NCBI GenBank assembly: GCA_039545335.1
Contig: BCIN01000008.1
Coordinates: forward strand, 1 to 64,000
Length of the DNA stretch: 64,000 nt
From: Kondoa subrosea
Lineage: Eukaryota
Direction: 5' to 3'
The notes under the pieces were generated by a model, which ran no database searches, was not told the origin of the DNA, and saw nothing but the letters and a program-made list of their open reading frames with translations. Position 1 is the first letter of the stretch; the number at the start of each line of letters is the position of its first letter. Position numbers and translations under genes: made by a program. This document shows, in pieces, positions 37,739-50,230 of the stretch.

Positions 37739-39620
37739 TCAATATCTTAACGGAACACCAGAGTGAACCCTCGCTTCTGGGCAATCGGCCATTCAATGAT
37801 CCTCCAGGTCGTTTGTATTTGCAGCGAGCATACCCTTTCCATCTACGTCGATGCAATCTGGCGCTCTTGTAGCTAAGAAATATTCGTCAATATATTGTTG
37901 CTCCAGAAAGCGCTAGAAGACGGTATTTAGCTCAGAGGGGGAACACAAACTGCACAAACTGCATCACAGCTTACCGATGAATACGCTCGCTTTCGGCGTG
38001 TAGACGTAGAAGATGCGGAAGGAGGTCTGCAATCCGCAAATTTTGGGTAGGAAGTGAGTTGTCGCTGATTGAGCGATTGCACAAAGGATTTGTTATTCGG
38101 CGGTTGTGTATTTCCGGACGAGAAAGGTCGAGGCGGCTTGAGCTGCCTTGCAAAGAAATCTGTAATTTGATACTGAGGCGTCGAGTCAAAGGGTTAGCTC
38201 ATTCTGGCTGGAAAACGACATGCGCTTTACATTACACTTTTCCTCTTCGTAAGGATCTGCTTTGGAATTGACCTGCAGTAGAAGTCCAGCTTCAATAGCA
38301 TCCGTCTGAAAACGTTTCCAGAATGCGCGCTTGAGGAACATGATCATATCAATTGTGCTTCCACGCCGATGCCAATGCTCTTCCGATAGATATTGAGTTA
38401 TGATGGTAGCTGCATCCTGCTCAGAGGAATCTGACGACTCGATACATTGCTCGGACAATTGGAGGAAAAATTCACGATCTTCCTCTGTAGATGCTTTCCA
38501 ATCTTCTATACTGAACTGCACCCATTGCCATCGAATCCATCGCGAGTGCTTCAGCGTCATAAGAGCTTGGACGACATAGAGGTCGAACATTGATCTATCG
38601 CGAAACACAATGTGCAGATGCTCCAAGTTTTCTGGCAATAGAGTTGCCAATTTAATTTCGCCCATCGCCACGCCAGCAAAGGGCTCCAAGACCAGCTTGA
38701 TTAGTCTTGGAAAGCCACTGGAAAGATACAATTGCATATTTTCTGGGACTTCAAGCCGCAGGTATTCCAATGTGCCGGCAACTGAATTTACAAACAATAC
38801 AAAAGAATCGACGAGCTCGCCGTATTCCGACATCAAACGAATATCCAAATGGGTAGTGTTGTTAAGAATGGGCAGTGAGTCTAGGTCAATGCATCTATAA
38901 AATTTGCTGTCGCAAAAGATGGATCCATCAGATCCATAATAATCTCTCGCAAATAGATGTACTTGATGAGACGAAAGATGGGCGGGCGCCTCTGCTTTAC
39001 AGTGGGTGTGAACATCGTTGCCATCTTCTGGCGTAGAAATACAGAATTGGATACCGCAGTCAACAGCGTTTTGTATAATAATGTCGTGTATCGCCAAAGC
39101 ACTTTCTCTGGGTTCCTCTAATGCGATGCTGAGTCGGCGAAGGGAAGGGCATATCGGTAGTAGACGCCTAAGGGTATCGTGAAGTGTTGTAATTGCACCG
39201 TCTTCAAATACGCATTCGAGACTCAAGTGTAATTCATGGACATGCAGAAGTTGTCGATCGGCAAGCGATGGCTTCGAGAGACTGCAAACTTTGGACCACG
39301 ATGATGGGGCTTCTACAGATAGGTCAAGACATTGGTAGAGAAGAGGAGAGATGAAGGTATAGAATTCGCTGTTGACGAGAACTAAGCGAGCCATAGCTCT
39401 GAGATGTTCGTAAGAGACGAGAGTGTGCGGGTATGCGGATAAGTCTTGCACTATCCATACGATAGAGTCAGCAAGTATTGGTGTGGTTAACATTCTACCT
39501 ACACCCTTCAATATCAGCAGCCGCGTATGCAGCCGCCAATACAATCTCAAGCCGCAATTCCACTGGAAGCTGTCCAAAGCGAGTGAAGGACAATGGTCGA
39601 ATTCGACGAATTGGTTGCAT
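37739..39620 (-). CDS. F-box protein (LRR-like body) with C-terminal PIP-box-like motifs, paralogue B
   Basis: MQPIRRIRPLSFTRFGQLPVELRLEIV F-box. Introns at 39451-39502, 38173-38230 and 37913-37974. Tail NYQITDFF...QRQLTSYP...QQYIDEYF. The last exon is uncertain (stop at 37793 or 37739). Confidence 0.78.
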
Positions 39621-39999
39621 TGCGACACCAAGAGCAATCTATTGACTGAGACAGCAGACAACAGCCTACTCTTCAGCAATCAATTTCGCTGATCTGCTTG
39701 AAATCTCACTGTTCGTAATGCTTCAGCCTCTCTCCCTCTCGCTCTTTTGAACAGCAAAGGTAGTATCAAGGGCCAGGTATAGATGGCCGCAGATATAACC
39801 AGCTTCGTCGACGTTTCGATCAGCGCGATCTGTGCACGAACGCTGATGCCCGCTAGACTTTATGCGTCACGAAGAATCGATTGGAAATGGTTAGTATGGA
39901 AAAAGAGGGTCAACAAGCAAGAGTTTCACGGGACAAAGCAAGACAAAATGCATGCAAGTATAAACAACGAATGAGAGACCCCCGAAACCGCTAGACCGC

Positions 40000-40622
<623 letters not shown>

Positions 40623-41020
40623 GTTAGTGAGTGGTTGAGAGGGAGTTTGGAAAAGTTCAAAGTGGTTGAGGGAAGCAACCAGAAGGAAAGGCAAGGCAAG
40701 CAAGGTTCAAAAGAAAACAACAAAGCTCGTCAGAAAAATCAACAATCCTCGAATTCTGGCTTTTACGCGTTTCTTTGGGTCGGAATGGGCTATGATGGTG
40801 ATTGCACAAACAGATCAGCTGCTACATAACGCGAAAGAATGAGATCCGAGCGGTGATATACAAAATACTTTGTTTGTTTGCAGCACGTGACCACAAAAGC
40901 CTTACGCCACTTCCTGGATCTTCCTGGATAGCTGCATCTCCGGTTTCTCTCCTCAACCAAATCCAAATCATCACAAGCTTTCACCCTCACTAAACCCAAC
41001 CTTAAATTAACACTCTCACA
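40623..41020. promoter_or_regulatory. Divergent H3/H4 promoter with MCB/SCB-like elements
   Basis: ACGCGT at 40765-40770 and ACGCGAAA at 40829-40836 between head-to-head histone genes. Confidence 0.5.
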
Positions 41021-41441
<421 letters not shown>

Positions 41442-41915
41442 TTCTCAAGCGGGTTGTTGTCATCTCTTTCACTTGTATATATTTGCATTTGGATTTCGAG
41501 CTTGAGTCTCGTTGTATCATTCTCTTTCACTTGACTCTCTTCCCCTTCTTGCCTTCATCTCTTGTTCGATCTTACGCTACTCATCGAGTCTGTCTTCTGA
41601 TCTCACACCGTGACAGACATGAAACAGATTTTGACAAACGAGAGCAGATGAGAGATTCTGACACTGAGCATGGCGGACAGACCGCAGATCTGTTCGTGCC
41701 AATGTATCAAATAAACGTAGCAGTGTATGCATGAGCGAAGAACAGGCAGGGTGAGGGAAAAGCATTGCATATCTGCATTGTGATTATGTTGGAGAAACAA
41801 ACGACTGAAAAAGGAAGAGTTACTGAGCCCGTTACAGAAAACACCCGCGCCGATCTTTCAAGAATGAATTAGACATGAGAACATACGAAACACTTTATTA
41901 GCTTACCAGCAAGCG

Positions 41916-43648
41916 CTACTCGTATTTTTTGATGAACTTCAGGAAAGCAAGGGTTGTAGGCTTATCCTGTACGCCTTCAACATTAGTCGCAAATAACAGC
42001 CAGAAAGTAATAGCTACACACTTGCACGTCAACCAGTCTGAAGTTAATAGCTGGTGAAGCTGCAGGAGGAATATGCTGAAAGTTGAACCTAGGCCAAGTA
42101 AAAAACAAGCTTCAGGGTATAATCGGATGAGAAACAGAGAAAGAGCTGCAGCAAGTGATACTTTTGGTCAAAGGCATAGTTGTCTTCGCTGCATCAACGA
42201 TCTGAGCAAGCCAGGCCCAACTTGTCTTCGACTGGTCCATCATAGTGCAATCCAGTTTCGGCAACGATGTAAGGATGCTCGTGAGTCGCGTATTTCTGGT
42301 AAAATGGTAAAGCGATTGCTTGATACAGTTCGATCTGTTCCGGTGCCTGTGCTACTGCGTTAGCTTTTGGAACTGAGGAACAGCTTGACGTACTTCAGGG
42401 TAGCCATCCTATTGCAGTAATGATTCAGTATGGCGTTTATCAAATGTGCTATCACTCACACCTGCAAAGAAGCATATTAGCAGCAAATCGAAGGTGAAGT
42501 TGTCTACTTACAAGCAACATAATCAACGTATTTGTCGCCGACCCAGTACGGCTCGATCTCGGTGAGATTGAAACTGAATTGAGGTCTGGGGAGAGAAGTC
42601 GATCTGATGATCTCAGAAGCTAGAGAGCGCTTACGACCACACCATTTTAACCTTGGGTGCAATTTTCCTGCAGGCATCAGAGACAACTCTGAAACCCTGA
42701 ACAAAGTCTTGGCTAGCATAAGAGTACCAGTAAGCCAGACGGATGCCGAAGAATGGAATTGAGACAAACGCGTTTCCACTGAAGAAAGAGTGTTCAATTG
42801 GTGTGCTTACAGCATAGAACGGAGAAGGATACGAACGGATAGGTGTTTTCGCCTTTGCCATTTTGAGCTGCATCGTTTTGATAATAGTTGGCCTTTCATG
42901 GCATTAGCATGCTATAACGAGACTAGGCTTGTAGCTTTACCTCATGAGCAAATCTAAGCCTGACTTCAGGGAAACCGAAGGTAACCAGATCTTGCATGAC
43001 TTTGCAAATGGCGACAGCGTTAGTGTTGTTTTTCTTTGTCAGGCCAGTCCAACTTTCGTAAGGCATGACTGAAAGCTCCATGATAGGATCCGCTGCTAAT
43101 ACATCGCCAAGAGCAGAGTAGATTTGCTCTCCAGTGAAAGGTACACTCGAGTTGACCTGAGCGTATCGTCCATACGTGCTAGGTGAGAATGAATAAGCAA
43201 TGGCCCGCTAGCACATGCTGCGCCAGAGAACTCACGCAAATCGTTTCCCGGTCCTATGTCCCCCAAAAAAATAAGCTTCAAGCAAGCAGCGTCAAGTTGA
43301 AAATTTTACGCTAAGATCAGGTCGCTGAGATGTTGAGTGTTGCCTCCTCCACTGGACTGTTCCAGCTGTCAGCGAAATCCCGACTGAGTTGGAAAAGTTT
43401 GCTTGCTCACATCATCTGGTAGCTGATGAAATCTACTTCAGTATGAGAGCCAAGACAAAACTTGGGAGACTTACAAGTCCAAATGGTATGCCATGAAGCT
43501 CCAATGGTTTCCGAGCCACTGACTGAGCAGGCCAGACAGTGCCTGCTGCAGTACTTGCTTGGCGATGATGAAGTTTCTTGCTAAGCCGGTCTTCACCGAA
43601 CGCGGTGACCAGCAAAGGCACTAGTACGAGAAGAGAAAGAAGGTGCAT
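41916..43648 (-). CDS. Secreted glycoside hydrolase, GH26-like; possibly disrupted near the C-terminus
   Basis: Signal peptide MHLLSLLVLVPLLVTAFG; acid/base motif VRLRFAHEAN; KMVW, PYWVGDKYVD and nucleophile motif YIVAETG; 9-nt microexon 42770-42778; apparent extra base at 42216-42218. Confidence 0.7.
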
Positions 43649-44263
43649 TGTAAAAGAGTGTGTATCAAATGAGGCTGAAGAGATTGAGAAAATATAACGA
43701 AGCGAGAAAAGCGACTGAGCAAAAAGAGTGACTGATGGACCATAACACGCAGCAGTTTATGAGCGTAGGAGCGCTCGGCGGGCTCGGACAGAAAGGAAAC
43801 GAACGAATCCTGGTAATCATTAGTAACGAGAATCAATGGATGCTGTCTTCGCCCAGATCTTGTGAGTACACCGTACTGTAATACAGCACTCATTGCAGTA
43901 CTAGCAGTGGAAGTTTTTGAAAAGAAGTGCGCCTGAAACAAAGAGAAAATTGCCTTGATTGAGGTGCACAGAGTTAGGTCAATGACAAAAATCCAAGAGA
44001 CATTTGCTGCAAAGCGCTGATCGCTGGTGTCTAAGGAAGCACAGCAAGATCACAGCTCATTGATGGGCCTCTACATATTCAGTGGAACTCGCCTCTCGTG
44101 GTTGGAGGAGGAGTTGGAGGAGGTCAATACATGACCGCGCTGGAAGCGATCGAAAGCAACAGGCAATTGAGACTTGCATTATATTGAAGATCTGCACGCT
44201 ATTACAATCATTACAGCAGCCCTTGTAAACTTTGAGACTTTCCAATCAGCTTGCACAATAACA

Positions 44264-45274
44264 TCATTGGTCATCCGAAACAACAGCTGCCTGTTCCGCT
44301 TCCTTCTCCATGGGTGCATTGTTCATGACTTCTTCTTCTACTGCTTGTTCAGCTTCTAGTGGAAGAGGAACAGATTGAGCCAAAGCCAAGTACTGCGCCG
44401 CTTCTTGCGCCTTGATATGATCTTGGGCCAATGACCATTGACCAGCCTTCCATGCTTCCACTCTGCTCAACTCCTTCTCAACCTGACGAACAGCTTCCTT
44501 CCTTGTCTCCTTGACCTGCTTGTTTCCTTCACTTTCTACGCTATCCAACTTCATCAACAATTTTTCAAGCGAATCGATATACGAATGGACAGCAGAGTTG
44601 ACAGAAGTGTAGGTAAGCTTGCCAGACGCATCAAAGATGGGTCTAAGAAAGCAGAGTCAGTCATAGTTTGCGACCAAGAAAAGATTTACTCACGAATTGG
44701 GGAACACAAAAGCAGCTTGATGAGCTGATAACTGAGTCAAGATGGATGCCAGCTGAGATAAATGCTTTCGTGCAGATTGACGAGATCTCCATTTGCGTTG
44801 AAGAGTCGAGGCAGCAGCATTGAGTTGTTCTTGAGATGGCATAGGTTTAACGGTAGAAGGTATTGAGCTGGAAGGATCGATTGGCTGTGAGAGAGTAGAG
44901 GCTGAAAGAGCAGGTTGATGAGGTGTGGGAACAGAATCTTCGCCTTCCTCCTCATCGGAAACGTCATGAAAGTAAGCCTGAGGTGAGGCAGCTCTAGGAT
45001 GACAGTAGAAAGGATGCTGAGCTCTTTGACGAATTGCTTCTCTTTGACGAGCTGCTAAGAGGGCTTCGTACTGTTCTTGTTCGAGCTGGCGACGATACAG
45101 TTCCTGTTGATAGCGCTGACGTCTGGCGATCTCCTGCCGGCGCGCCACTTCCTGACGCCTCGCTACCTCTTGACGACGAGCGATCTCTACTCGGTGAGCG
45201 TACTCGACCTCATAAGGATCGTAGTGAAATGGCATATGAGATGAAGGAGAGGCATATAAGGGATAGGCGAACAT
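44264..45274 (-). CDS. IQ-motif + BAG-domain co-chaperone
   Basis: IQ-like AASTLQRKWRSRQSARK; BAG-like LLMKLDSVESEGNKQVKETRKEAVRQVEKEL; one intron. Confidence 0.8.
45119..45190 (-). repeat. Four degenerate 18-bp coding repeats, E(I/V)ARRQ
   Basis: EIARRQ EVARRQ EVARRQ EIARRQ in the IQ-BAG ORF. Confidence 0.7.
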
Positions 45275-45477
45275 CTTGGAGTATGGTTCGGAGGAAAGGA
45301 TTGGGAGGTAGAAAGAATGGCGACTTTCTTGAGGTGACGATTCATCAGCCTGCCTTTTGCTGGATCTTGCGACCGACTTCGAGAAAATTCCAGAAAAAAT
45401 TGGAAGGTATATTCAAGTTGCAAAGGGAAAGTGAGACCCAGCACAAGTACTCACCATTTTCGTTTTCTAAGCATCTC

Positions 45478-45966
45478 TTATTTATCCGTCGACGTGTATT
45501 TCCCTTTACACCAAAGCAGAGCGTTCCCTTGCTGACCCATCTCGACTCCCTTGACTTTCCCAATGAACAACCTCGATCCTTCTTCCTCAGACATGCCAAA
45601 CTGACTCAATTCCATAGAATACACCACTTCGCACTCTATGGCTCCCATGCTATTAATGGCTGCCAATTCTTGCTGATTTCCAGTCCTAGCATAAGCCGCT
45701 GCCAATCCAGCTTGATGTTCGCTCAAAAGATGTACAGTGAAACATTTGTGTGCAGTGAGGAGAGTAGCTAGCTTTGAAGGTAATTTGACAGAAAATGAGA
45801 TTAAAGGTGGATGTAGCGAAATGCATGAAAAGGATGAGATGGTAGCTCCGTAATTTGCAGCTGCTGGTATAGCTACGATTGTTACAGCTTGAGCTGTGCT
45901 TCTCATGAGTTTGCGAAGTGATTCGGCTGTCGTCGAAACTTGCAATCTGCGGACAGAAGGAAGCAT
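45478..45966 (-). CDS. Flavin reductase-like domain protein
   Basis: LRKLMRSTAQAVTIV, GATISSFSCISLHPPLISF, FTVHLL, LFIGKV and ALLWCKGKY. Confidence 0.85.
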   Translation of the reverse strand: MLPSVRRLQVSTTAESLRKLMRSTAQAVTIVAIPAAANYGATISSFSCISLHPPLISFSVKLPSKLATLLTAHKCFTVHLLSEHQAGLAAAYARTGNQQELAAINSMGAIECEVVYSMELSQFGMSEEEGSRLFIGKVKGVEMGQQGNALLWCKGKYTSTDK

Positions 45967-46013
45967 TCGAAGTTCACAAGCTCTCTTTGAGCTGAGGGTA
46001 ACAAGCTAGGATA

Positions 46014-46788
46014 TCACAGACACAGTATCATGCTGTATATCAAAGCGTCGTTCTTGCTTACTAATGATTGTTCGTGAACAAGGGAAGCGTTTTTCAGGCC
46101 AGAGGAGTTAGGGTAGTAAGCATGCAGGTCCGTCAATACAACTACAGTATCAGCTAGGGTACGCTTGTGGTGCTGTATTGATGTAATATTCGGCCCCATC
46201 ACCAGACCTTCTGTACAAGTAATATCCTGGTCGAGAACTACTGGTACGGATGTAAAGTAGACTAGGATTTGTAGGCTAGATAGAGAGCTATCAATCGGAG
46301 TTAAGCTAGTTAAGGAGGAAACGTACGTGTCGCCAAACTGTAGGAGGCGAAACTCGTGCCGGAGCACTTGTAAGATGACTTGACTCAAGGCGTTGGCGAC
46401 GCCGATCATGAGGCTCTTGGACTGGTAAGCCATAGTCGTTGGCAGGTGCTAGTTCAGGTGGCATTCCTGCCCAATAAGCTTCCTCCTCTTGTTGACGCCG
46501 CTCCCTTCGAATGCTGTACCTCTATATGAGCTGAAGATGAGCATTTCTCGATAGCAAAGCTTACGTATCAGCCTGAGCGGCAGCAGGGTCGTAGGGCCCG
46601 ACATGGAAAGCAGAAGGATGTCTTTCATCGCTGGGACGAAGTCTTGAGTTACGATCTCGTTGTCGTTGATCTTCAAGCTCGGTCTGTTGCTGTTGTTGTT
46701 GCTGCAGAGCTTGCCGGTGTTGCGCTCTCTCGTTTCTTCTTTGCCATTCCGCGTTATGATCATCCGCTGCCGTCCTCTTCTTGCTCAT
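46014..46788 (-). CDS. Hypothetical Arg/Gln-rich protein, structure uncertain
   Basis: MSKKRTAADD... ORF with a GT-AG intron at about 46522-46564. The downstream frame is ambiguous (possible indel). Confidence 0.35.
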
Positions 46789-47192
46789 GATATCTGAGAA
46801 GGAATGGTAGGAGAATGTAAGTAGATTCGTCGTCTGAAGCTAGGCTGGAAGGTAGAGAGAGGAAAGCTTCTGAATATGGTTTCTTGGCGAAACAAGACGC
46901 TGAACAAAGGGTCAAAGAATTCAACGAGAGATATAAGACCTCGTGCTAAGCAGGTAATTTTGGTTAACATAGTTTACGCAATGAAAGAAGGGTAGGGCGA
47001 CATCCGTGAAATCATTAACAAGGGAGAAACGAGCCATGAATTCAGGCAGGCGATGTTGAATAACGTTGGAAGAAGTGAGCAAAGAGACTACCAGCAGGAA
47101 TAGACCGTAGAAGTAAAGGTCATGAACAACTCACAAATCCATGCGAAGAAAGAATACACCTATGAACACTAAAGATTCGACGAACCCTCTTT

Positions 47193-47861
47193 TTACGCCT
47201 TGTACTCCCTAAGATTGTTCAGTCCATTCAGTCTATTTTGTAGCGCATCGTCTTCTAGCCTGTTGAGACTAATGGGTAGGATCTTAGCCGATATGATTGC
47301 TATTCAATCTTTGCGACCTCACCTTGGAACCCAGGCTTTCGCTTCTTCAGCGGTTTCCGGACATAAATTACTGAGTTGAGCGACTTCAAAGGCTTTGAGA
47401 TCGCTTTCGTGCGTGAGAGCCCTTTAGCGAAAGCCACAAAGATCAAAGTCCACTCCAATACGTTTCAGGATGAAGATGATGGGAAGACTCACACTCGAGC
47501 AGCATAAACCTGTTCGGAATTTGTAAATCTTGCGAATTGATTCACATATTCAAACGTCTTCTTGAACACCCTTATTATCAGGAATATCATAGTCAGATTT
47601 GTCCCAATTTCATAGCCAAAGCAAAACTCGCTGAGTATCGGCCGCGTTCTCCCTTTGATTGATCTGTTGATCCAGCAAGACTTTGACTTCAGAGACTGAC
47701 AGAGCGTTGGTGTTGTTGTCGAATTCTGTTCACACAAAACATGGGTTGATCCAACTCGACGAGCTCTAGAGTCGTGATGATGTACCTCTGCCTAACCTCA
47801 GTGTAGCTGCATCTTCTTCTCCTTCTTGATTCCGCCGCTGTCGGTGCGCTATCGAAGTCAT
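47193..47861 (-). CDS. RPB4: RNA polymerase II subunit RPB4
   Basis: EEDAATLRLG-EF...LSVSEVKVLL...VFKKTFEYVNQFARF...FEVAQLSNLCPETAEEAKAWVPSL. Confidence 0.93.
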
Positions 47862-48703
47862 TGGCTGTTCAAGGGCAAACTATGCTCGTTCTCAAAAGTG
47901 ACAAGGCGAAGAGGACGCCCCTGATATTCTTCTCCTTACTTCTTGGTCTTATTATTGCTTCTTGTCGCGGCTCTATGCCTAGTCAAGGCTCGATTTGCTT
48001 CGTCAGAAGGTAGAGCAAAAGGCCTGCACGTTGTATTCGAACACTCTATTGTCAGCTGCATCAAGGATCTCCATTTACTAGCTTATCTCGCCAGTTTCTT
48101 GATCCTACCTCTTCTTCGTCTTAGTGCTACACTTTAGGGCAGAATTTCAAAGTTCTTCACCACTTCATTCGCTCTCTATTCTGGCTTCATCCATTTGGCT
48201 CATCACTGTAGCCATGATATATGAAGGACATCGTATATCTTCTCTAGCACGTACTCAATCGGCATCTCAGAACGCGCAAAGGCCTGTTTGGTTATTTCGT
48301 AACCATGAGCTTACCCGGTAATATCCTAGCTATGCTCTTCTAATCTCTTTGTACGCGCACACAGACTCAGATTGTTGGTCGCCAGTAATCTCATCTTTTT
48401 TGGCCTGAAGTAAGTGGCTATTGTAATGATCTATTCACTTTGAATTTCGCGCTCCATTTGCAAAGGCGGAAACTAGGGAAGCTGTTATAGCAAAGATTTC
48501 TTGTAATAGATTGTAATACTGCCCAATAGCTATCTCGACCAGGTCCTAAAGCAGCTCTTTGACATTTGTCAGTTTCCCAGCTTGTCCTTGTACCAATACC
48601 TTCGTTCTCGCGTTCTTCGACCTGATCCGTTATTTCAGCTCGCGAACAAGTGAATAGACCTCCAAGCCAGCCTTACCTTGTCCCCTTGCATTCGTAGCCC
48701 AAG

Positions 48704-49968
48704 ATGTCTGAACGTAAAGTGAGTTGCTTGTTTGTATTGCTTACTAGTAATTAACTGATTGCCTGCCCGTTAGGTCTTGAATAAATACTTGTAAGCTTCT
48801 CTCCTCTCTCTATCTATGAGAGTTCTCAGCTAATGTTAGTTTTCTTTGGATAGTCCACCTGATTTCGACCCTTCGAAAATCGTCAGACAGAAAGGTGTAG
48901 CTAAGAAACAGCAAGTTGTTAGATTGATGGCTCCCTTTTCTATGAGATGCAATACATGTGGTGAATATATCTACAAGGTGAGTAGTGTTTGACTCGGTAT
49001 ATGTTTGGGAATGTTTGAGCTGATCTCTGTACATTCTTTCTATAGGGCAAGAAGTTCAACGCTAGAAAGGAAACAGCTGAAGGAGAATTATACTTTGGGA
49101 TTAAGATCTTTCGTTTCTATAGTGAGCTACTTGACATTCCAATGATTCACGAATAAGAACTCATACTTATACCTTTTGAATAGTTAAATGTACTCAATGT
49201 TCAGCTGAAATCACTTTCAAAACCGATCCAAAGAATACGGATTATGTAGCTGAACATGGAGCTATGAGAAACTTTGAACCTTGGCGTGATTCTGGTGAAG
49301 TACCAGAAACAGAAGAAGAAATGTTGGCTCGTTTAGAAAATGAGCAAGCAGCCGATGATCCAATGGCTGCTTTGGAATCGAAAACTGTGGATTCAAAAAG
49401 GGAAATGGATATTTTGGACAAGTTGCAAGAAGTTAGAAACAGGAATGCAAGGAATGAAAGGGCTGATAAAGACAATGTTTTGGATCGAATCAATTCTAGA
49501 CCTGCTATTGAAGGTGTGGATGAGGAATATGAAACTTTGGAAGCGGAACGCAAGAGGAAATTGGGTGAAGAGGAAGACGAAGCCGAGATTCGAAAACATT
49601 TTGGCAAAATTCCTGGTGCTGGAGTACCTGTTCCTTCCATTGAGTTGAACGAAGCTATCGAAGAGGAAGGAGATGGCGATCTGACTGCGACGGAAAACAA
49701 TTTCGGTCCTTCAACTTCTTCTTCTTCCTCTGCTATGCCTCCACCTCCAGCACCTCGCGCAGCTGTTGTCAAACGTAAGATGGACGATGTCGAACCAGAT
49801 GCTTTATCTTTACTTTCGGAAGATGCGAAACGCTTTGCTTTTTCAGCTGCTTCTTCTACCTCTGCTCCAGTCGCAGCCAAGAAAAAGAAGAAGGACAATG
49901 CTATGGCTGCCAAGTTTGGTATCAAAGTTGCCGCAAAGGACGTGAAGGGGAAAGGAAAGGCTACCTGA
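48704..49968 (+). CDS. YJU2: Splicing factor YJU2/CWC16 (CCDC94)
   Basis: [46 protein letters not shown] and KTDPKNTDY; 17-nt microexon 48774-48790. Confidence 0.96.
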
Positions 49969-50230
49969 TCAAGAGAAGCTGGGTCGAGAGTTGAAAGATA
50001 GATGGTAGAGTAGAAGGGGATATTGGAAGAAAGAGGAGGATAGAAACCAGCACACGCTTCGCATCTGTATAGTACGCAAACACTTTCATGTTATTCAGTT
50101 TATTGCATCATCACCTTAATGGGTATTACTCAACGTCTGTCTGGAAAGTGTGGCAGTAATTTTGCTACTATTGACGATAAAATACAGAAATGGTATGATC
50201 CTTCTATAATTCTCCCTTTTGCGATATCGA

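Noticed and set aside
45034..45771. 245-aa plus-strand ORF, and similar shadow ORFs such as 49242-49925
   Set aside because: Antisense to well-supported genes and without recognisable motifs.
47870..48700. Possible small spliced gene between RPB4 and YJU2
   Set aside because: Splice-like sites exist but no consistent reading frame could be built.
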